A DNA stretch of 64,000 bases from NCBI GenBank assembly GCA_040954595.2, contig CM082594.2:5379319-5443318 (forward strand). Reading direction: 5' to 3'. The notes beneath the pieces were generated by a model, which was not told the DNA's origin, made no database searches, and saw nothing but the letters and a program-made list of their open reading frames with translations. The stretch comes from Balanoglossus misakiensis. Its lineage: Eukaryota > Animalia > Hemichordata. The position numbers and the translations under genes were made by a program. Shown here in pieces: positions 1-14,000 of this stretch. The first letter of the stretch is position 1, and each line of letters starts with the position of its first letter.

Positions 1-3000
1 GCGGTTTTAATATAACAAGTTCTGGGCTCGTTCTCAGACAGCTATTGGTTGAAGTTGGAACATGCAGAACTGAATGAAAAGACAAGTTGGGATTTTTTGC
101 CTTCTGTGGACTACACACCGAGTTCTATTCAGACAAAAAAAAGGAAAATCACACGCGATTGAACCATTTCTCACAGACAAGCAGCGGTGCCAAGATACCG
201 ACTAGCATACCGACTATCTGACCACAAATTGTGTGGATTATGGGTGGGTTATGGATTGGATCATGGATGTGATGGGGTATGATGATGCTGGCAATGTAGC
301 CAAGATCAAAGAGGACACCACAGCCCCACCAATTTCTCTCTCACACTATATTGTTAATTGAATATTTTTGAATCATTTTATCATGTTATTTGCCAACTAA
401 GCTAAGCCACAAGCGTAATATACCTGGCTGTCTGGTGTTACAGCGCCCCCTTCCGCCCATTTCACATACAGCGCTAGGCTTTTGGGTGATGTGTCTGATT
501 AACTTATACACTGTACAGCAAATTTTGATGTTAACAATTGTTAAAATGTGAACGTCAGAGAGCGCTGTTCTCCGCTGTTCACAGTCGTCATTAATTGGGT
601 CATGACGTATTCGTGTTACTTAATATATTGTGTCTTTGCGTTGCTTTTCAGTGACACGTTTGTCGTCACACTCGGCGTGACATGACGTCATATCGTTATG
701 TACCAAAATTTGACATGTTTTTATAGTTAGCATTAAAAAAAAAACAAGTGAACGATTCTTGACACCAGGGGAAAGCGAATAAGATGCTGTGACGACTTTT
801 CCTGTTTACGACAAAAAGTGGCATGAACGACAAGACATTATCTTCCTGTCAGTAATTTAAAGACATTTTTGCTCAAACAAGACCGGAAAGGAGACATAGA
901 TCGTGAAATCAGCGTAAAATAACCCGCCAGGACAACTTTGTTCATAAACACGATGTCGTCTGCTTGGTAGGACGAACACTGTCAGAAAGTAAAGTCTCCA
1001 GCAACAGCGATTAGCATGTCGAGAAAATTACCAAAAGATGGAGCGTGCAGGAGTCATGATATTTTGTTGATCAAATCTGATGAACACTAAAGAGTAGCAA
1101 GCCGCTGGATATCATTGTACTGCGCCTCAATTGTGCCATCCTTAAAACCCATTTCCTGTTCTTCCCTTTCGCTCTTCCTATTGTTTACCGTTAAGAGTCA
1201 GTAATGCCTGGTTTCTCTTACTCGGAATAGAGACTACTCAAATGCTAATTTTCCCTAAACTGGCTCCATCATGGGTTCTGCAGCTACAGGTGGTCCCGAC
1301 GCTGCAGCTAATGACTATATGTCACAGAAACGGGCACCATTGAAATACCTGTACTGCTTGTATTAAGCGAGTGACAATCCCTAATGAAAATTCTCCCGCT
1401 AAAAATATACTTGAAAATTATCGTCTGGTAAATAATTGTACCAAATTCGTGTTTTTTCCCCAAAAAAACTGACAATGAGTCCTTTCTCTCCCGGAAAGTG
1501 TGTATAAGTGTTAATATAATTAAGTCTAAGTTGTTTCCGTATATTATGCCATACAGGACTTATTAACGCCTTAACCTGTTGATAGATAACAGAAAACTGA
1601 TCTCTCAAGTTTATTAGCGTCGTTGAAATGATGGTCTTTCACGCTCCATTAGACAATATTATAAAACGAGATGATACTACCAAGTACACGTTAATTTTGT
1701 TGTGATTTTTAGTTGACTCTACGTTGAAAAGACTGATTCCTCCTATTTTGGAAGCTCTATCGGGGATATATAATAATCAAAACTATCAAAATTTGTGGAG
1801 TGACTTTTCCTGTATAATATGTCGTGTATCAAAATTAGTTATGCTTTTGACTCTTTGGGGAACGGGCGGATGACTTGAAAGACGCCCCCTGCGACGTTAT
1901 TTGAGCACCGCTCTTAAAAGAGCAATGGTTATGAATATAGAATCATAGTGTGTATTATTTGATGTCATCTTAGCGTTTAGCCCCTTTGACATCCCCGTAT
2001 TATGAGCTTTGCAGCGCACCATTCGTCCCCCGTTGCTATGTTACTATTTCCTGCAGGTGTCCGCCATGATGGTAATTCTGGCACGCATGACTGAATTAAT
2101 GCTTGTTGCTACAGGAAATCTCATGACAAAAGTGACGCGCGCCGCATGCGCCGCTCCCGACTTGGCGGGAAAATATTTTTTTCCTTTAAGTTCGGTGCGC
2201 TGGAAGGGATGACGTGTATTGATTCTGAAATGGTCAAATGAAGGAAATGCAGTCCGCCATTTTGAAACTGAGTGGGGATCACGCTGAGGTCCATTATAAA
2301 ACATTCCGCCCCGTTATGAGCCCATCAGATATTTACTCTAATTTATCACGTTATCAAAAGTAAAGTCCATTCGATGTCGGGAAATAAGAATTCACACAAT
2401 TTGTCTGTGGAATTGGAAACCAATGCTACGTTAAAATATAAGCCTTAATTTCAAGCGAAAATTCAAACGTGCATGTGCATGGTGTCAAGAAGATATGGGT
2501 ATTACTCTTTAAAATGTATTGTCATATATACATGTCATATTAAATTTATAATATTCGTGACTGCCTGTGTCCACACACCATCTTCCCATACTGCAGTAAA
2601 CGACCAACTCGATAATACGACAACTTAATGTTAGAAAACCAATATATTGTGATTTTTTCAAGTGTTTTTTACTCCTACTATTCTCCTCTCGACAGATGCC
2701 CGTCTTGAAGTTCACACCACCTAGCTCTAACACAAGCCCAAACGCGGCATCTTATTCAGCTATTCAAACAACCCCCTCTAATGTCAAACAGCGAACTCTC
2801 TAAGACAGAGTATTTAAACACTGACACGGCTCTGACGAAGCTTCTCCTTAATGGAAGTCGCCGCACACCAATTTAACCGCAGGAAACTCGATTTCATGGA
2901 ATGATAAAATCATAAATTGGTCTAATACACCATAATGCCAGTTAGGTTGATAAATCAAGCCAATTTGTACATAGGTTAACTGCAAGACTGCACTGACAGC

Positions 3001-4014
3001 CATTTGCATTGGGTTTCTCTCCCTGTTGGCTTCCAATGAAGTGAACTCTATCTAAGACAGTAAGAAAAACAGAACAAGCGCTGATGACACACAGATTTTT
3101 TTATCTGCCAACAGAGGGCTTCAAAAGCAACAAGCGCGATTTCTATTTGAATTTAGTATACATAAACACTTGCAAATTGTATATAAGCTACTAAATTACT
3201 GACATAAGGTGTTAACGATGAATGGTGAAACCTCGTTGTAATGAACACGCTGTTTCGCGTGTGTTTGCCCGAAGACGTTCGAATCATTGCTGTGGTGATT
3301 TGTGATTGTGCCTTTACCGTTTTGTCATATTAGAAATCAGGAGTTGTTTCAGAGTCACGTGTCAATTTTGAGAATAAGAGGGGACATCAATGCGACTAAA
3401 GCTGTTAGCTAAGTACTTGTCGGCACCCTCTGATCTTCATCTTCGGATTATCTGCTTCTTTGCAAACTATCAAAAGTTCGTTCGAAGTGTTATCAACGTC
3501 GCACACTCGTTTGGAACAGCCCTGCCCTCACGTCGACGCGTCCGGTACGCCCCGGGGTGACGAGGGGAAACGAGAAGGCTAATCGAGACAACACTCGATT
3601 CCTGAGGGTTTGACACGCATGTGCGGCTTTCTAGCGATATTTGCTGTAGCGTTTCCGTGGAGTGGAAATGTCATTTTTGTTTCTCGCCCGCAAATAGACA
3701 GGATGTGGTGCGTTCTCGCGAATGGCCCTGCAAGATATTACCCTGTTAACAACGTTCACGGATTTTTTGAGACAATTAATCATCATATCCACACAATGTC
3801 TTGGCTCAGTACTACCATGCAAAGTAAGCTGGCCTAAAAAGCACTGATAAAAACACCGCAGTGACTCTTTTCACGGAAAGAGAACATCCAATACATATCT
3901 CAAAAATTTTAATCGATAAAAAACATACTTGAAAAATCGTGGAGTCTAAATTTTCAGTTTGTGTTTTATACTAATAATTGCACGAACTTTTGCAGTTTGT
4001 TCAATTGTTGGCAT

Positions 4015-4062
4015 TTTGTTTGTTTGTTTGTTTGTTTGTTTGTTTGTTTGTTTGTTTGTTTG
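4015..4062. repeat. (GTTT)n microsatellite, about 11-12 units
   Basis: Perfect tetranucleotide run seen directly. Confidence 0.95.
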
Positions 4063-5965
4063 ACATTGCGTGAAACGTATCCTATACGTAAATGGTGAGA
4101 TACATTAACTGTTGGTTTCTTTTAATCCCGACTCTGTATCTGGTGCTGTCCAGGTTATCAAAGGACTCGAACTAACACACCACAGGCCCCAGCCACTTTC
4201 TGAATCAACACTCATCAGAGTCTCTGAAACTTGAATTCAAATTGATCCCACCAACGCGTATTAATCACAGTGATATTTTTTCACTCTATCTTGGAAATCG
4301 TAATTTAAATTGACAGACTCGTCAGATTTGTCAGCACGTTGAAAACTAACTCTGTCCGGTTTTTATAGATGTAATACCGCGGTAATAAACTCTTAAATGG
4401 ACCGATTGATAATCAGCGACACGTGGCAAATCAAAATTGTCTGTTGAACGAGAGAGTTTCGACACATGCGTTCAAATAAACAACAAAGAATTCCGAGTCC
4501 ATCATTAACTGATTTATAACCATTTGATTTCACGGAATGTTTTGTAAGTTGAAGCTTACTGGTGTACAAATGAAATGGCGAAGACGAAATTATCTCAATA
4601 CATTCGGCGACGAACCGGAATCGCGCGCGGGTGGTAGTCTTACAATGAATCCAAGAAAATCCAATTTGGGTTTAAACGCAAAAACCAAGTTGTCTCCTCA
4701 ATCTAGCGATGGCTGCGTCACGTGTTCGCCAGGAGAATCTCATCAAACACGACACCGTAAGTGCGTGCGCGTGCTGATTGTAATGAAATCAGTATGTGGG
4801 CACTTTTCATCCAGTCCTAACTCATAAGTCATATTCTGCTCACTTTAGCATCAGTTTGGTGGGTGCAATCCTGGCCAATTTTAATGGCGACAAAATTGTA
4901 AAAAATAATCCTGAATCTCACGGATGACTCCGTATTTTTACCAGAGCCTGCGCACGGGACAATTTCGATGAACAAATGATGTGTGCGTTTGAGTTCAATG
5001 AATGGATATGGTAGACAAAGACGATCAACTTTTTGACCGGGGTATGTTAGGGATTCGCTCGTAAACAGGTTATACTCTGAACTAAGCAGAATGTACAGGA
5101 AAGTCATCTTTAAACTTGGACATTGCAGTGATTTGAAAAAGGCCATAATTATTCAAATGTGATAATGTGTAAAATCGCACGTGTACGATAATTTTATCAG
5201 GTTGCTCTGCTTTCTATGGCACCAGTCATTTTGAACGTTTACCAACAAAATGTCGAAACACTCATATGATGATATCGTCAGAAAATCGAGTTGAAACTTT
5301 TTCAACATTCTCTCGCGATGCTTTCAGTTATCATTTTGGCTTCCTTCCCACATAAATGTATGTTTTGCCGAGTGAATTAAACGGATCTAACGGACGCCTC
5401 GGCGGAGAGTAACTGCATTAGATAGCTGTCAGATCTGTTTTGTTCTTCTCTGACCTGTCCGGTGATAGTCCCCAATGGTGAGTGAGTTATGCCATAATCG
5501 GAATTATTGCTTTAATTTAGCCGGCACTGATGCGGGGCTCCCTCAGCGCGTCGCTTTTCTGCATTCCTATCAGCTTTCAGCGGCAATAAATGTAGAACGT
5601 GACAGGCCAATTATGTGACGATTATTCCATCCAGGCAGAGGGGCTGATGTCGACACTCTGCTCTTGTTTGGGGATGAGACCGCAAACCACGACTAGATCT
5701 CAAGACAATACGAGACGCCACCGCCGCTGACGAGTTAGCTAGTAATGATCTTTGCATAGCCGGTAACCTTCGCTCATTTTGTGGTCACTGCGATTATTAT
5801 TCTCACGTGCATGTCTGTTTAAATGAAATTGTGAATTTACTGTAGTAATTAATACAGGCTTTCCTGGGACAAGACGGTGAGTTATTGGGTTAACTACATA
5901 CAATAAATTAGATATATATCAACCGTGTACTCAATGAATTAAACTTGATGAAAAGCAAAGTGTTG

Positions 5966-5982
5966 CCCCCCCCCCCCCCCCC
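5966..5982. repeat. Poly-C homopolymer (17 nt)
   Basis: Seen directly. Confidence 0.95.
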
Positions 5983-8900
5983 GTCTGCCTAAGTTCTACA
6001 ATCTATACCGGCCTTAGTAACTTTATTCTTGTTTTTAAAAGTGTTTGACCTTATGGCGAATAATTCAATCGCAACACATAATCCGCGCATACGATTATAC
6101 ACACTTTAAACCTTAAACATAATCGGGCTTAATCCTCATAATCTGGTGTGTGTCAATCTAGAATCCATTTGTAAATTATGCCTTTTTTACCCTGAGTCGA
6201 AAACATGTGATTTGAATTTTGCAAGTTTTATTTAGTTTTAAATTCAGGTTATTACACATAGATCACTCTCGTCTATAGTGTCTACAATAATGCCTGTTAT
6301 ATTACGATACGTTTTTATCCAGCTGATACAAACATTATTCCTCAAACCGGAACTTAAGGGTACATGGGAAAGAGGGACCATTCAACAGAATATTTTCCTA
6401 GTCGCGGTATACTGACTTGCTTTGTTTCCCAACACTTCTGTCACCTTGCCGCGTACAAATTGACCACACTTGGCCAGCGACTATGAAATCGAATTGACGC
6501 CCACGGGGTACATGTGATCGCCCTTTCATTTTCCTAAAACTAACAATAAAACGGCGATTCCTCGATAAGCACTTGTGCGGTTGTGACACGCGAAATATAC
6601 TGTTTGTGCAACTTCAATATTAAATCTCTCATTGTTTGAATTATAACCTAGCCTGATCTTGGCTTGCTAATCAAACAGATCATTCTATTGGGGCAATATG
6701 ATGATTCCGATTATGTCATGGAAAATATTTTGTATATCAGAGCTAAATTTCATTTAATCTTAAAAATATTTCCGTTTTCGTAATATCGTGCAATTGTCTT
6801 GATTCCGTCATCATTTCTAGCCGCAATTGTCGTTTAAAATCAAATCAAATCAAATCAAATGAGCATCGTCACCATGACATCACCAGGCAGTGTCTGATTC
6901 CAGCCAATCGGGGCGCGCTACGTCATGGAAGAGGGCAATTGTATAGGTTTGTTCCTTATTTATATGTAAATTGATCCAACTTGACCCCGCACATGAGAAG
7001 TCAATTGGTTGACGCATCAATGAACGTCGAAAAATAAATAAACTCTATTGCATGCAAGGGGACGTTGGCACAGGCCCCTTGGATGAATTATCCCATGCGA
7101 GTAGTTTTTTTCTGTCTCTTTGTCAGTCAATCAGTCAGGCAATCAGTTTGTCTGTTGGCTTCTTTCTTTGCTGTGGTTCGCAAAATCACTGATTTCCAAA
7201 GCAAACTTTGTTTGTGTTCTATAATAACTGTTATTATCACGGAATTGGTCTGAAATTATTATAATATCACATTTCGATTATTTAAAGTGAATAAGCATAC
7301 AAGGGACTTCACTTAATCCGTTACTGAAACAAAAATTGAAATATATTGTTTTCCGATTCTGTCCCATTTCACAAGTTTATTATCGCGTTGTTTTGAGGGC
7401 GAGGGAAGCCTGTGATTTTCATGTGTCTTAGTATTTCTCTGTGACGTCACGTTTTATTGTCGGGAGATGATCGCAATACTAAAATCAACACAACTGCCTA
7501 TAGATAAAGTATGTCAATTAGTTAAAGGTAACAAGCAAATTCATTTTCTTTGAAATGGTTTTTCGTTAATTTCACCGTCGCTCAGATCCGAATCGCATCC
7601 ATTTCACGCCTAGCCTTAAAACTTCAGACTTAAACAATAAAAACCCACTGTGAAATTGCGCCGCCATTTTTTTCCAGTCACTGCATTTCCCGGCCCTTTC
7701 GAAGCAGCTTCCGACTCCTCTGTACCTACACGAAGGCTAATTATGGTGTATGAAAGCTGAAACACGCCACTATTTGACTATCGTTTTGGCCAAGGGCAGT
7801 TCTGCTGATTGAAGGGCAGGACAGGCCGCTGCTTATAAGGCAAATAAAAATGGGACGCAGTGGCGCAGAACGGTGTGGCCATCGACGACAAAATGTGAAG
7901 GGGTGCGCACTGAAAATAATAGCAATGGCGGAGGACTGGCAGAAGTTTAGAGAAAAAGTAAAAAAAATACGTCAAAATCTACACCAATCTGCGGATCTTA
8001 CTTTTTAATTGATGAAACATGCCAATGTGTTGATATAGGCGATAAAAAAACTATCTAAGTATGGCCGCCATTTTGTTAAATTGGTCTAATTTGGTAAATT
8101 AGATTTTATAGCTCATATATATTAATATATATTTTAATTAATATATACTTTTAATTAATAGTCGTTTTGTGAATCTCCGGATGACGGCACATACATACAT
8201 GTATATATACACTGAGTACAGCTGTGTTCAAAGACGCGTCACCTTTTCTGTCTTTTTTTAATCAACGTCTTGTGAATCTGTTGAAGACAGCAAATTAGGG
8301 TGCGAACAGATAAGCTCTGAACAACTGGTAAGTGCGTCTAAACAGTCTTCCGGTGCAAAAAGAAAACATCGCACCGTTTCACTTGACTAACTCCAGCCGC
8401 ACACCAGTAAAATCTTAATTTTCATATTTCCAAAACACTTACAGACCCGGCCTTATCGCTAATTACAGAGTCTGACCCGCCAACCGAAACAAACGCCGTA
8501 CATCTTGTAACTTGATAATTAAAGTTGTGCGTTACAATTAAGGCTGAGCAGCGAACGGGCACAAAATTTCGTGATGTTTAACTGGTAATCGGGATCCGGA
8601 CCACTAACCTTAAACCGGGCCGACAGCGCCGGGTTTGGTCTTTTAGTGGCAAAGTCGGCGGCGTGACCTGGGAACAGATACACATCCAATAGCGTGCCCC
8701 GACAAAGAACTCAAGTTTTTCGCTTCACCAATCCGTTACAATTCTTTGTGTGAGCAGTTTAGATTGTTATTCGAAAGGCAACGATTGGGTTTATTGGTGT
8801 ATAGGCCATTTGGACGCCTGTTTGCACTCAGAAAGAGGAAGGGCGCCCGGGTGAATATTAAACGTTTTTCAATTAACTTTAAGCGAATGGCTGTTCGGTC

Positions 8901-9060
8901 TTTTCGAGTACACGATGACCAACGCCGCGACTGAGGGTCCTCGAGTGTGACAGTAATGCCAATCCGAGCTATAAATTTTCTCCAGTCGTTCCAGAAACGA
9001 CTAGGAAATAAACCTGTGGTCTATCTCAATAGGGAGAAGATGGGAAGGGAATTTTGAAAA

Positions 9061-9752
9061 TCATGTTAATATGCAAATAGCAATTACGTCCGATTGGGTG
9101 CTCGCTCTGATCAACTGGCATTGCATGTCTGCGCGATGTGCTCGGCTGATGACGTCAGACCGAGGTCACCATGTGGGGTTGTTTGGTATCAATGGCACAG
9201 TTTAAGTAGTAATTGCAGCGATCTACACCACCATTTGTCGATAGAGCCCACGAAACACTTGTTGTGTTGTTGTAGAAAGCGCCGGAGCTCCAATCTCGTG
9301 GCCAATTGGTCGGCTAATCGTTCCGCTAACGACACCCGTCCTAATTGAGTTGATTAGCAGCCGAACCGACTTCCTTATCCGATCGGCGACGATCTCCGAG
9401 GAGAAAAGGAGAAAAAAATCACCGACAACTTGACAGAGGTAAAAAAAAGAATTGTTTTCCGGCGACTTGACTCTTGATTGGGCAGAGACACGTGCCAATA
9501 GGAAACAAGACTTTGACCAATCCCGCCACCCGAGAAAGAAACCCGCTGCTAAAAACGCCGCGTCACCATACGGCAGCGAATACCAGTCAGCTATTCCGCT
9601 GGTCTTCAGCCGAACGCGTGCGCATCGAATTTGGTGATCAGTATACCGTTTCCCGTTCCGAACATCTGTTCGAGACATTCGCGCATTTTTGTTGACAGAC
9701 AACAACAAGAGCGCTTTCTCCCTCTCTCTTTCTCTCTCTCCTCCCCTTGACA
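9061..9752 (+). promoter_or_regulatory. Probable engrailed proximal promoter and 5' UTR
   Basis: CpG-rich segment before the ATG. Octamer ATGCAAAT (9071), palindromic CRE TGACGTCA (9150), E-box CACGTG (9489), several CCAAT/ATTGG boxes (about 9093, 9290, 9302, 9478, 9495, 9517) and a CT-rich tract just before the ATG. The TSS cannot be determined. Confidence 0.55.
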
Positions 9753-10257
9753 ATGACGGAAAACCGAAATCACGGCGAAGAATCCGGCGCACAGTTCAAC
9801 ATGTCACCCTCTCAAAACTCACAAACTTCGGAAGTCGGCGAATCGGCGGAAAGAGGAGATGTGTTATCAGGCAGCGACAGCGACGTGGAAGCTGCGGAAG
9901 ACAGTGGGGATCTGCGACAGGATGAGAGGGTTGAGGGGGCAGAGGAGGCTGGGGATGGGGAGGAGGGCGTCCGAGAACAACAGCAGCACACAGATTTTTC
10001 AATCGAAACTATTCTCCGCCCGGACTTTGGCCGAAAAACCGTTCCGCCACCGCCGCTAGGAAACGCCCAGCTGCGGGAGGGACCGCTCCAACCCAACACG
10101 GGAAATCGACCGACGAGTCCCCGGCAACAATCGAACAGCAACCCGAAGAGGGAAAACGGAAAGACGGTTAATTCAGAAAACAAGGCAACGGAAAAGGACC
10201 CCACATTGTGGCCAGCTTGGGTCTACTGCACAAGATACTCAGACAGGCCTTCTTCAG
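9753..10257 (+). CDS. en: engrailed, coding exon 1 (acidic N-terminus, EH1, EH2)
   Basis: ATG at 9753 (MTENRNHG...). EH1/eh1 motif TDFSIETILRPDFG and the canonical engrailed EH2 LWPAWVYCTRYSDRPSSG. Ends at the donor TCAG|GTAAC, a phase-1 intron in the Gly codon, which is the conserved engrailed intron position. Confidence 0.95.
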
Positions 10258-13200
10258 GTAACACAAAAATTATAAGTAGGTTTTGATTTTTTGTTTAGAT
10301 TCTTTAACTATTATCTCGACTTGGACAAAATTTGACTGATTAGGCTATACGGTTAGTTTCTCTCTCGGCTCGTCCTAAAACACATTAACATTTCCTTTCT
10401 TTAATTATACTGCGAAAATATAAAAGAAAATGCTAAATTGTCATTCAATTTTCTGATATTTTCCGTATAGTTAAAGACACATGGCTTGGATTTTCGATAC
10501 CATCAAAAATCTGGTCCCAACGAACGGTATTTTTGTACCAGCAGAGTGAAACTCTCCCATGTGAATTGCGGGTTGGATTTCAGCCACTCAAACCTCCTTA
10601 AGGAAAGTTTAATGTTTGCGACCTTAAAGGAAAACAAACCATACTTAGAAATACAAACTCTGGTTAATAGAGTTGCCTCGCTCATCCCGGCAATGTGACA
10701 GGCCTGGGTGCAACTCGAGCCTGATTGTTGGCGATAATCACGCCGCCCGGATGAAAGGACCTTCTTGTGCGCCGGTGTACCGATCTCTCTTTATTTCAAA
10801 CGTCCCTACACGCTATAGCAGATACTAGGGTGGTAGATGTTCATGATTTGTCAATTTAACGGCAATCTCCAATTTGGGGTGCCGCTCTCCTATTTCCCAG
10901 GCCATCAAAAGAGGCGCATGTTTTAGCCCACCGATGTGTGACCAAACTCCCCGACCCAATCAAGCGCCGATCAATAACACCTCACAATCTGCGCGACCAC
11001 CCTCCATTGATACGTATCAACAATCCACTCATATAGCACACCGACCCTCCACCGTAATCCACGCCGAAATATCCCCATCACCACAACAACCACTCGCGGC
11101 TGTGGAAATACAGCGCAAAGCTGGCGAAATCATTCAAAATCATCGTCCGGAAAGCTAATTATTTTTCCTGTACTCACATGTATTGCCGCTGGAAGTTGTT
11201 TAGTCTACAACAGAAAATTAAAATTGGGTGTTTTGTTGTTTGGTGTTAGGGGGATGACGGCTCTATCCACATTTTAGGCGCGAAGAAGAAGAAGAAAAAC
11301 TGCCGACACTCTCAATCCCAGCAAAACACACACATCTACAAAAAACTTGAGCTGAGCACAGGTAAATTGTGTTATTAGCTCTACATTAAGCGAATACGCC
11401 ATTTTCAAAGCTAATATTTCCTACTGAAATTAAATGATTATGAACTTCTCAGATTTACGAAAGCGGTAATTTCTTCAGTTGGCATCTGTTTATAAAAGCG
11501 CTTCAGTTATAAAACCCGCGTCACAAACAGTAACCCACCATGTGATCTTCGGGCACTGCAGAAAATTTGTGCTTCTTTTTTCTCTCCAAAAACGCACACC
11601 CAGTATAAACTCGAAGAGACTGAGAAACAATAACGGAGAGAAGTGAGTCGGTTCGGCGGGGACCACCAGCTGGGCCTTGCCCATCACGATGGCCTAATCG
11701 CGGCAAATGTTTCCCAGAGTCGATAACGTGAAATCTGAATCACCCCCAATTTATATTCGACTTCCCCTGACAGAAATATAAGAAACCACTGACAGGTAGA
11801 TTACGCCATTAAGTGACTGGTTTTTGTCCGCTCCACATTGATGACACAAATTGTCGTTTGCTCCAGCTCTTATCGGCTTTCCGCTGTCCCTCAGGAAGAT
11901 TTAAATGCACTTTGAGGTACAGTATTATTATGGCCGAGGAACAACAGTTTTGCTACCGCAACGAATACGAATAGCCATTTCAAACAATTTCATGAACAGA
12001 TACAAAAATTCTGTCCAATTTCATAGTAGATTTCTGCTAGAATATTTGACGAATCACGAAGTAAAAGTGTAAGCCTATAATTAATGATCCATACGGACAA
12101 AGCACTCGACACCGACCGTAACTTTCTTCAGTTCTATTATCTTAGAATAATATAATCGCTGGGTTACGTTTAGATATTAAAACTAAGTTCTCTCTGAGTT
12201 GATTTAATCCCCCACCCTTAGAAAAGTAAGACAGACATTCACGATTGGCAAGTATTGATGACAGTATATCGAGAAAAGAAAATTAGAAAATGGAATTAAA
12301 GTTGATCACAGTCGCGAAACCTTCCGATCAATCGCACATTTTGGCGTTCGTCTTTATCAACTTTCCAAATACCCTTTCAGGCAAAACAGTGCAGCATAGC
12401 ATCAGAAAACAAACTGGTTTCTTAAAAATTTCGTTTCCAAAGTAATTTAACAACGACAATCTCAGAGCCGTGCATCGAACGGGTCTGGCGACGCGAATCT
12501 GGCAGCCAATCAAAACCAGCGTAACATGCGTTGACGAGACTCTACCTTGTTATCGTTGTGGGTTGTGATCCTAAATAAATGTTGGCTATTAAATGACTCG
12601 ACAATTAGTTTGTTTGCCGTGAACATTCGTGTTAAAACGTCGAACTGAGACTAAAACGTCACCGCCAGAATGATGGATGAGACGAAGTATCACATGCGTA
12701 GCTTTTGTAGTGTTTTACATAATAACCTTTTCCTCAGCCAATTGCTCGGCGATATCGTCGCGTCGTCGCACGGTGTGTGCAAATACAAGCGTTTACTCTC
12801 TCGTTGCATTCTGGAGTTACGTCAAAACGGGCAAAATATTTGTTCCAAAACTCTCGTTATCAAAATCTCCAGGGCTCAGATGAACCAGAAACCTTGAGAA
12901 CGGGTTTGATGCGACATTTAACGGCGTCGTTTGACCACGTAACTTCGCGTCCAAAGATTCGGTCCCAATCCTTGCAGCATATCGCGTTTCATTCAACCGT
13001 TTCAACGACAGTGTCACTCCGCGATATATCTGCGTTGTCTGTAGACTACAGTAATAGTCCATGGTCATGCTGAGCCGTACAGGACACAGACCAAGTTCCT
13101 CTGTTTATTACATTTGCAGATATGTTAAAAAAGAAATAGGAATTCATAGAGATGTTGTCCATTTTCAAAACTAACCACCAGAAGGCGAACAGTGGTACAT

Positions 13201-13936
13201 ATACGCTTTTAACCCTTTAGCCAGATGCGCATAAGGCCGACCCCTTCGACAAAAGATATTTGGCATTGAGATTAAGGTGGATTAAATATATGACAAAACC
13301 CACCAGCCAGGAACTCAAAATAACCATATCAACAGATTATCCAAAAGAGACAGTTTTCCCGTTCCAAACTGGTATGTCCACCACAACTATAACGAGGCGA
13401 TCTCCAACGCTTGAGTATTCACGAGTGTGCTATGAAAACCAATATAATTATGTCACTTCCTAAGAAAATTTCCTCTTATTGACAATACAAAAAATTCAAT
13501 TATCAAAATAATTATTCAATCGAGTTCTCTCAACCAGAATATTCCATAGCTACCAGAGTTGTTTCATACACCAGTTCATAGAGGTTTCATTGTCGTACTT
13601 CACTGCATATTGGCATACTTGTAACTTAGAAACACGAAGTTCAATTGTGTTTTGCAGTCCACCACCGCGACAATGGCGGAAGATGGTAATTCTCGGCCAA
13701 CTAGCAATCTTGTCGTCTGAATTACAGAAATAATTAGCCGGTCATACCAATCACCTAGTACCAAATGAACAGGCTGGTGGGTTTTCAAAATGGCAATTTT
13801 TCACATCACTGTAAAAAGGACAACCACAATCATCCGCTCAGAGTGATTTTCTACATAATACTCTGACTGACATTTCAGCAGAATTTTTTTCAGAGGAAAA
13901 TTCAAATAAAAACGTGGAGCGCAATAGCTAATGCGC

Positions 13937-14000
13937 TTATTATTAGGGTTTCGAGACCAGAGGGGTCTCGAAACCCTCTTGAATTACTATTATTATTATT
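13937..14000. mobile_element. Helentron/HINE-like terminal remnant (14-bp hairpin between TTA repeats)
   Basis: AGGGTTTCGAGACC-agagg-GGTCTCGAAACCCT (13945-13977), preceded by TTATTATT and followed by a short spacer and (TAT)n. The other end was not found. Confidence 0.45.

Noticed and set aside
9223-10204. Long antisense ORFs over the en promoter and exon 1
   Set aside because: Shadow ORFs of GC-rich sequence with no recognisable domain.
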